A stretch of DNA of 58,431 bases, the filler included, from Sphacelaria rigidula (lineage: Eukaryota): the NCBI GenBank assembly GCA_964200075.2. It is 9 parts of 9 records of this genome, joined end to end, with 100 filler letters (N's around TTAATTAATTAA, not from the genome) between each part and the next. Parts side by side here need not be neighbours in the genome. Positions count along the whole stretch, not along the records: positions 45,526 to 51,928 come from CAXNAA020020287.1; positions 52,029 to 58,431 come from CAXNAA020020288.1; 7 more parts are not named here. One strand, given 5' to 3'. Below, one piece after another: positions 50,089-58,431 of this stretch. A model generated the notes under the pieces. That model saw nothing but the letters and a program-made list of their open reading frames with translations, was not told the DNA's origin and ran no database searches. How positions within the stretch are numbered: position 1 is the stretch's first letter; the number at the start of each line of letters is the position of its first letter. The translations under genes were made by a program, and so were the position numbers.

Positions 50089-50518
50089 TCGGGTATACCT
50101 CAAACAACAGGACTAGTCTATTTTTCGTACTTCCCCTGTATGTCATGATCCAATCTTGATATCCATTTCCCTTGTATCTAGGCAGATCCTGGAGTGTAAG
50201 TATAATCGATTAGCCTTCCTGCTTACGGCTCTAGGACTGATAGCTCATCCTGAACACATAATGCCTCATTCTAAAACGGGAAAACAGTTCATGTTCTTTC
50301 ATACATGAATCCAACACTATATTACCAAGAACTGAAAAAGAAAACCCAATCCCGTCAGGAAAAAAACCTTTCCAGCCACGCACAGACGTCGCAAACTCGT
50401 CTACTTTTGTAATCGAAAGCTCAAATCCTGAATATAATCAGTTCTTCGTAACCTATCCATGCTCCATTCCAACAGTTGTTTGCGTCAGTCAGCAGAAAAC
50501 AAATAGATATATGTGTAT

Positions 50519-50761
50519 GAGTCATCCTACGGTAGGGGGGGGGGGGGATTTTGGGCCATTTGTTACTCGAAATTTCGAGTCAGTGAAAGCAGCGACGGTT
50601 GTTCGAACAAGCTTGTTGTGGATCAATAACGCCCATCCATACTGCCTGACACCGTTTGGAACCAAAGACAAGCGCAACGCAAGTGTGGAAGGATGTCTGA
50701 CACACTTATGAGCCTCTTTTTTCGTGCAACCAAATACCACCACCCTATCGTAGGATGACTC
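50519..50761. mobile_element. 243-bp MITE with GAG...CTC termini and perfect GTAT TSD (Sola-like)
   Basis: Homologous to 21284-21532 and flanked by GTAT on both sides. Confidence 0.9.
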
Positions 50762-51240
50762 GTATCAATCTCAACCATTACCAGTTCCCAACTCTCCCTT
50801 GGAACAACCGAACCTCACACACGAATGCACAGTGGACGTCTTTTCATACTCCTCAGTTTCCATGATAGCATCCAAGAAACACACGCAATCTTCCAATACT
50901 TGAATCCGTCAAAAGCGCGCTATTCTCATGGTAACAAGATGTTGTTGTCTATGTGAAATTCGATTCAACATACCGTCTACAACACGGTCTACATCAGGCG
51001 AGTGTCTACAGTCAATATGCTCAGTGACCGAGATATCATTCCACTGAACAATAACATGACTCCTCGAAATAGTATGCAAAATGAACACTGCAAAACGAAA
51101 ACTTGCAGTAGTGTTGTGTGTACCACTTCCCCTCGAGTTCGAGAACAAAATGTAAATTCAAATCGAATCAATTCAATTTCAAATCGCTAAAACTAGAGGT
51201 ATGCTCGAATACAAAAAAAAAGATAGATTTCCCATCTGTC

Positions 51241-51332
51241 CCAGCATAAGAACACAAGATCTGCTTCTGTTCGTACCACTCTGTACCAACATAAGAACAC
51301 AAGACCTGCTTCTGTTTGTACCACTCTGTACC
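51241..51332 (+). repeat. 45-bp tandem duplication
   Basis: CCA(G/A)CATAAGAACACAAGA(T/C)CTGCTTCTGTT(C/T)GTACCACTCTGTA twice. Confidence 0.92.
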
Positions 51333-51928
51333 CTAAAAAAACATCATTAGCCTCCCTGATGTCGACCATCTATCAACTGCCGAAAAAAGTTGATATAACC
51401 CACATCAGTGAAACTTGAAAGCTTGGATCCTTTTATGTCAGAACACGAAAAAATCTCTTTCGAACCCTAATCCTCGAATACCCAGAGAAAATTCATGTAC
51501 CAGTACACTCGTGCATTTCATAACGACTTGTACTGCTTATACCATATCAGGGAGAAACTCGGAACATAAAACCAAACTCTGTAAGCACTAAAAATATTGT
51601 AACCAAAATTAGCGGTTGATCAATCCACTTAATTTCGAATTACTGATCTTTGATGCAAATTTCGCTCGTCATCCGGCCCGATAAATTCCCAAAATCGTCA
51701 AACTCATCGTCCCACTCTTACAATAGGTTTTCTTTCACAAAACAATCAATCCCTGTACACCAAAGTCCAAGTGCATGCAAAGAAGTCAAACTAGGAGTTA
51801 CTCTGCATAAACAGGACTATCACCCCAAATATATCAGGACGGATAATACTCGTTAAATAAACGCCACACCCTGAGAGAATATGACATAAATTGCTCCATA
51901 TTAAAGCCCCCTCCCCCCCCCCGATCCC

Positions 51929-52028
51929 NNNNNNNNNNNNNNNNNNNNNNNNNNNNNNNNNNNNNNNNNNNNTTAATTAATTAANNNNNNNNNNNNNNNN
52001 NNNNNNNNNNNNNNNNNNNNNNNNNNNN
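51929..52028. other. Artificial contig linker
   Basis: N44-TTAATTAATTAA-N44. Confidence 0.99.
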
Positions 52029-52179
52029 TTACTTTATTTTATGGTATCGCCACTTCCAGAGACAGCCACGGCTTATACACAGCCTCATGGGTGTCTAACC
52101 AGACTAAAGGATGGGGGGAAAATAAACCCAGCACTCGTCAAACATGAAGGAAAGTCGAAGCGACACGACCACCTTCTCA

Positions 52180-52815
52180 TACCCTGAAGGACAGCTGTTT
52201 TCTACTGTTATCTGCAGCTTTGCAGTGATCGTGACCTCATATCTACTCCGCCACGCCACCCGTATGTTGTTGCTGTTAAACACCCCCGCTGAATCAAATC
52301 ACCAAACTCATGAGGCACCAGCGGTTACTCTGTCGCCTCACTTCCTACGAAGAGATGCTGCATCCATTTGCACACCGTGCCACCGCTTTACAACTACACT
52401 CGTGGTGTGTGGTGTGTGCAGACAACCTTCTAGAGTGGCGGGGGGTGAAGCTGAATCAACTGGGGGTCTGCCGTTGGGGAAATACCACCCCCGTACATTT
52501 CCTGTGACGACGGTGTCGAGAGATAGAGCTAATGTGACGAAAAAGGGGCCAAATATCAAGCGTATCAATATTCGATATTGATGTTCGATATTGATACCTA
52601 TCATATATATATCGGTTTTCTACGCTCCGATACCGACACTGCGTATCGCCAATGTTTACCGAAATCGCATCGATTATCGATATCCGATGTGCAACCCTGC
52701 TAGATAGCTCCCAGCCAAAAGTTCTTACGTTGGTGAAGATGTTGTACGGCCTCTGTAGAGTGCGCGTCTCTGAACGCAGCATAATTTATCGTTACCGATA
52801 CCGAGGGAAATCTTG
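52180..52815. repeat. Second copy of the 16040-16520 repeat, extending into CGATA-rich subterminal sequence
   Basis: Direct alignment, e.g. CATATCTACTCCGCCACGCCACC and GTGACGAAAAAGGGGCCAA. Confidence 0.7.
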
Positions 52816-53360
52816 ACAAGAAGTATGATATTTTTCTCTACTGTGGCACACATCAACGATACCACTATAGTTCGGGAAGTTTTTTTTTTTTTCATTTTAC
52901 GTTCATTTCGTGATCAATAGTGACACCACTACCGTGATGCGACTCAGAGAGAGACAGGAGAAAAAAACAAAAGCACGTGTACATCCTCAACAAAGTATGT
53001 TCATTCGTATTCATTCGTACCCACTACCAAAGTATTGAGTAAAATGCAATGTCTTTATTTGTATTGATATTATGTCACGACGTTTATCCGTGTGCTTATC
53101 TGAGAGAAAAATAAAACTTTGTCTGATTTTTGGCCGATGACATGACACACACAGAAGCCCACGGCGCCGGCGACCCTGCTGGCCTCCTGGAAAGACGTGC
53201 TGTTGGACGCTTCGGGCGTTCCAGAGGGAGAAGAAAGGGCAAGACGATGGGAAGGCCAGGTATCGAACAGAACCCGCATGACTATCGTAGTATTTCACGT
53301 TTTGGTTATTGAATCGCAGTTTTTTTTTTTTGGAGTATAACTAGCCCCCCCCTCTCCTTG

Positions 53361-53756
53361 AGCCTGGTCCGGCGATAACCCGGCGTGCTCCGTCCCGGCT
53401 TTTTAGGGATGCGATGTCAAAGGTCTTATGACTACCGCATGCAAGATCACGAGTACACCCCGCTCTTGTTGTCGGGAAGAATCGAATCCGCGTCGAGAAA
53501 GATCAATCCGTCTTTTCTCCTGGTGTCGACCTTTTTTTTCTTGTCCGTAACTGCATGGGAACAACACTCACGTACTTGTACTCCAGCCTGTCAAGAGTCC
53601 AGTCGAAATATATATAGTTTTTGCTTATTTGGGAAGGATGAAGAGGGGAGGGCGGGCGGTGTTCTCATGATCATGCATGCCATAGTCATGAGACCATTGA
53701 CCTCGCATCCCTACAAAAACCGGGACGGAGCACGCCGGGTTTCGCCGGATCAGGCT
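53361..53756. mobile_element. 396-bp MITE with TIRs of about 100 bp (AGCCT...AGGCT, Harbinger-like)
   Basis: AGCCTGGTCCGGCGATAACCCGGCGTGCTCCGTCCCGGCTTTTTAGGGATGCGA... is the near reverse complement of ...TCGCATCCCTACAAAAACCGGGACGGAGCACGCCGGGTTTCGCCGGATCAGGCT. The TSD is not clean. Confidence 0.88.
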
Positions 53757-53901
53757 GGTACTCAATCACCAAGCGCGAAGCGCCGTGATGTGTTCGGCAA
53801 GTCGCATGAAGGGTGAGCTGCATTGTGCTGAGATTGTTCGGCCCGAAGCTTACTGATTATCTTGCATTTGGATGACAGCCTTCAATGAGCTGTTTTATTC
53901 T

Positions 53902-54197
53902 CTGGTATCGCCACGTCCAAGGACAGCCACGGCTTACACACTGCCTCATGGGTGTCTCACGATTTACACACGACGTAGTACGATCATTCCCATTGTGCGG
54001 AGTTGAGGTTCTCTCACGCCACACAGCATAATTTAGCTTGACCACCATCATGGTTACCGCAAAAAAACGCAAGCGCGAAAAAAATACGGTAACCTGGTTG
54101 CCTAGCTTACGCAGTGAGTGGCGCGTTTTATAGCGTCATCGCCAACGGACGCCAACCCCATCGGGTGTCCGGAGGGGGGGATGGTTGCAGATACCAT
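53902..54197. mobile_element. About 295-bp repeat with short imperfect TIRs (TGGTATC...GATACCA)
   Basis: Other copies lie at 45526-45780 and 52041-52100. Confidence 0.7.
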
Positions 54198-55024
54198 TAA
54201 AGGTGTATTTTGTCCCCCCCCCCCTTTTTTTTGCGTGACCTTTGTCCACACCTGATGAATAGCTAGATACTTCTGCTTTTGTTGTTTCCTACCTTTCAGT
54301 TATACGGCATATATCATCGGCACCTGATTCTCGCCGCTGATTCATTTGGCATGAACCTGCGTGCGCGTTTCTCATCCGTCATCGGTGCGGTACCTATCAA
54401 GGGTACATGCGTACATTTCCCCCACCCTTTTTCATACTCATGAACCAAATTGACAGTTTTTTTTCTCACCTATCATTCGTGCAACGTGAACCGAACGCAT
54501 GTTCTCCCGGTCACCATTTTCATGCGCCAGGATTCTTTGCTTTGGTGCAAATTCCGCAACTGGCGTCTATGAGGCATGACTCTTTGGTTCGTTTTCCACA
54601 CGGTCACTTCGCGCGACACAAGTTGTAGGCATTGCGATAAACCTAAACGTTATGATTCACGTCTGTCATATATTATGTACTTGCTTATACTCTTCTGCAG
54701 AAGATGAGCTTGTTGATCATTCGGCACTGATTGATGAATTAAACCCCTTGACCGTTAGGATAGTACGTCTGTTAGGTCGGCATCATGTTTACTCTAAAAA
54801 TAAAAATAAAAATATGTATGAGCCAGATGACCCCCCCCCCCGTGCGTGCACGGGTAGCCATGATGGCCAGTGGAGATCATGTGGTTCATACTCGTTCATT
54901 CTGCGAGGGAAGATGATGACGATTTAACAGATCAGCTGCTCTGGCAGCAAACGGGTTCATCCTTTCACCGCAAGAGAATGATATCTGTTGACTAGTCATC
55001 ACATTCACTTGAAAATTCCAAGGA

Positions 55025-56115
55025 TATGTTCTGTAGGGTATGGATATATTCGGTAGGGTATCAGATTCCTTACAGAACTCACAGAACTATCGGGTACTGG
55101 CATGTAAGTCTCGCAAAACTTGCAGAATCTGTCGGGTAGGGTATGGGAGGCTTACAGAAGTCACAAAAGTTGTTGCGTAGGGTTCGAACATTGCACAGAA
55201 AACCGAACCCGCAACCGGGTATTTTTACATGGGTATGCCCGAGCCCCGGATAAGGGTAAAAATACTTGCACAGAAGTTACCGAACTATCACGTACCGGCA
55301 TGGAAGTCTTACAGAAGTCACGGAACCATCGGGTGCCCGGGAAAATACCCAAGGTATACAAAAATCGTACCCTACAGAACACAACTTTGGACACGACCAC
55401 CATCGAGGTGGATGACCTGCACCTTGCTACTTGATCCCCCCCGTGGGCGCAGATGAACCGTCCCCACTCGAGGTACCTCTCGAGTCTGGCAGTAATCCAT
55501 CCTGACGGCCCGGGTTGTTGCTCATGTTGTGTGTTTCCACTCAACGGTACCCCGTTACCCGTCAGTGTGCGACGTTTACCTACTCGAAATTTCGTGGTGT
55601 GTGTGGTGTTGAGTGAACGAGGGAGGTTGATGAGGGTTTGGGGTACTTATTCAGGCTGTCATATTTTCTTGGGGTTGAACGTGTATCCATATCTCCCGAA
55701 GGTATATTTACAAGGGTATACACTAACCCCAGGGAGGGTAATGAAGGGTTTACACACCTTTTACAGAACTACGGGGTACCGATATGAGAGTCTTACAGAA
55801 GCTACAGAACTGTCGGGTACCGGTATGAAAGTCTCACATAAATTACTGAACTTGTCGGGTGGGGTATGAAGGTTGCACATGAAACCGTACCCGCAACCGG
55901 GTGTGTTTATCAGGGTGTACCCGTGCCCATGGTAAGGGTATGGGGCGCTTATGGAACTCAGAACTATTGGGTAAGGGTATGGAAGTCGTGCAGAAGTTAC
56001 ATAGCTGTCGGGTACCGGTACGGAAGTCTTACACAGGCCTCAGAACTGTTGAGTACAGGTCATACCCGAGAAAATACCTCGGGTGTATAAATGATCCGTA
56101 TCCTACAGAGCACAA
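55025..56115. repeat. Two copies (about 55025-55385 and 55690-56115) of a GGGTA/TACAGAA-rich MITE-like repeat
   Basis: Left end TGTTCTGTAGGGTA, right ends TACCCTACAGAACACAA and TATCCTACAGAGCACAA, with internal ACAGAACT.TCGGGTA units. Confidence 0.75.
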
Positions 56116-56388
56116 TCGTCGTAAATTCATGCATGATCTACATGACCTAGCCCTGGCGACCAAAGGGTTACCGCGCGAGAGTTATGAAACGCCGATCATA
56201 CGTGAAGTGTGTGATTGTTTGCAGGAACAATAGTGCGGTTCGTATGAGAGGGGGGATTCGTCCTCGCTTACCACCAGTGATGCATACGGCATGAATCGAA
56301 AATGCATACTGCTCGACAGTCATTCATACGACATGAATCATGCATGCACGTTTCCCACCGACTGTTCGTATGGCATGGATCATGCGTA

Positions 56389-57581
56389 CAAGCCGGGGCA
56401 GCCTAGAAACGGGTTCAAGCTCTCGAGGCAATATCTCCTGGACACAGACGAGTTGGGCTGTGATCCGCATATTTTATTAATCGTCTAATCAAGGGGAAGG
56501 TGCCCATCTGCTCAAAAGTCTGGGCCAATATTTTCTCGTTGATTAAACCCCACGTATAGTAATTCCTATACCTAACGGAGATAGCGTCCATTCTAAATAT
56601 ATATGAAACCCCGAACGATACGCTTAGCGGATGACGGCGATTTTTGGTGTGGACATTCCCTGGAGCACGGGGAGGCGATAAACACCCTCATCTTTTGCCT
56701 AATTCGTTATCTATCTCAGAGATGTGGCGCACGCAAGTTTCGATACTAAAATCAATATATTACGAGCAGAGACACTAGATGCCATGAATGTGGGTATCGC
56801 GTCTCAGTTTTTGAGAATTGTGCTTTGAAATTTCGAACCGGGATGCTCCGAAATTTCGTACGGGGAACCGCTAGTGCACATAAAAATTAATGGTGTATAT
56901 ATTCATTTAATTTTTTTATTGTTCTTAGGGGAGTTTTAGGGAGAAATGAACATTGCTCTTAGGCCTTATCTCACTTTTTCAGCTCAATTTCTAGAATCGT
57001 GCTTCGAAACTTAGCATGGAGAACCACAAAGGTATGTCGAATAAAACAAATGGACCTTCAGTTTTTTGGGGGGGAAAGGTTGGGGCTTTCTCGTGAAAAA
57101 ATGATCTCTATCACACTAGAACGCCCTAAACCGGTGAAAAAACTATAAAATCAACGTGACCCACTTTTTGTTTGTTAATTATGCCCTAGGGACAGCCCAC
57201 GCAAAGTTTCGATACACAAACACCAAACATGGGTCGGTGAATGGCCTGCAAGATACTGTTCCGAATTTCTACCGACCCCTTTTTCACACGGCCCATTCGC
57301 TGGTCACTATTGAGAGTTGGAGCCTAAAATTTGGTATGGACGATGAATAGGGCATGAAGAACAAATTACGTGTGCACCCATAGATTTTTTTCATGACTTG
57401 AGGGCAACAATCAGTTTTCAGACCTATATCTCATGATGAAAATAAAAACTCTGAGTGCGCACGTCTTTTTTATAATTATTCCCCATTTATTGTCCACACC
57501 AAATATTAGGGTCCAAGTCTAACTATTGGCCGGCAAATGGGCCTGCAAACTACAAATTCGCCTTTAGGCGGGCACAGCTCG
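56389..57581. mobile_element. 1.2-kb non-autonomous DNA transposon with TA TSD (Tc1/mariner-like), inserted in a CATGAATCATGC minisatellite
   Basis: TA|CAAGCCGGGGCAGCCTAGA ... TTTAGGCGGGCACAGCTCG|TA. Removing it restores ATCATGCGTACATGTTTCCCAC, like the neighbouring repeat units. Confidence 0.75.
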
Positions 57582-57747
57582 TACATGTTTCCCACGTGGT
57601 GTTCGTGCGGTATGAATCATGTGTAAATGCTTCTAATATGCCATTCATACGGCATGAATCATGCGTACACATAGTTCCCACTCGTGATTCGTGCGGGATG
57701 AATGCAATTCATATTTTCCCCACCATTGATATGCACAAGAACCAACA

Positions 57748-58037
57748 ATGTTTTCGTGAGATTGAGAGCAGAGGATGCGATTGAGAGTGAGAAACGGTCA
57801 CTTGATCAATGAATAGTTTCAGTTCCGAAATGCCCCTCCATGAGGCCCCGATACGCTTTTTGTAATGGCTTGCCACTGAAGCCCTTGATTTCCCTGAGTA
57901 GGTATCGACGTGTGGCTGTAAGCACACGGCAGTGTTACCGGCAAAGAAAAGCACACACATAATGAAAAAATGGTCGAGTTGAAGCGAATGAAGAAACCCA
58001 ATCTCCATCAACGCTCTACTCTCAATCTCACGAACAT
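57748..58037. mobile_element. Second copy of the 28688-28983 MITE
   Basis: Same TIRs and internal sequence. Confidence 0.85.
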
Positions 58038-58431
58038 TTTGTGAACCGTGATTCGTGCATATTCCTTCTTTATTTTTGTACGACACTAACCCGAATGTAT
58101 AATGTTCTCATCCATGATTGATCCGGGATGACTGTTTGGCACATGGACCGCCGGCAACACTCGGGAGGGGTCAACCCGTATAACTCTGACTCGTCGTTCG
58201 TCAGAACCTCGACTTATTTTACGGTAGTTCCAGTATCTTCTCTGCCTGAACAGTCATTACTTGATTTTTTTCCTCTTCAAGCAAAAATAAATTGAATCAA
58301 GTTCACCACATTATTCTTGTTTTCCCAAATAACATCATACATCACAAACGTCCTTATTCGTAAGTTGGAAGAGACGACAACACCGTGAGCAAAGATGAGT
58401 TCATGCGGAAGAGATTATCTCCGGTGTTTTG

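Noticed and set aside
53903..53912. TGGTATC as an LTR primer-binding site
   Set aside because: It does not continue as TGGTATCAGAGC, has no preceding LTR, and pairs with GATACCA at 54190-54196 as a TIR.

Overview
This is eukaryotic, repeat-dense DNA, most likely from a stramenopile (brown-alga-like), judged from the histone N-terminal tails and GT-AG introns. It is not one continuous locus. Nine contigs of 6403-6404 bp are joined by eight identical 100-bp artificial linkers (N44-TTAATTAATTAA-N44), so adjacency across linkers carries no meaning. Host genes I can support are a partial Tubby-domain gene (minus strand, with a very long low-complexity exon) and an intronless, divergent H2B/H2A histone pair. 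Both histone 3' flanks carry an identical 26-nt stem-loop motif with an atypical 5-nt loop. The rest is mostly transposon material: a decayed Ty3/gypsy pol, a gag-like ORF with a 38-aa repeat, Ty1/copia remnants (one with a clear GGTTATGGGCC PBS), a decayed RTE-type LINE, tRNA-derived SINEs and many MITE families (Sola-like with 4-bp TSD, Harbinger-like with TTA TSD, Tc1/mariner-like with TA TSD). There is also a 293-bp near-perfect foldback and several minisatellites. I found no CRISPR array, rRNA or true tRNA gene. The best leads are the histone 3' stem-loop (with possible downstream elements) and the long hairpin. All calls were made by eye, without database searches.
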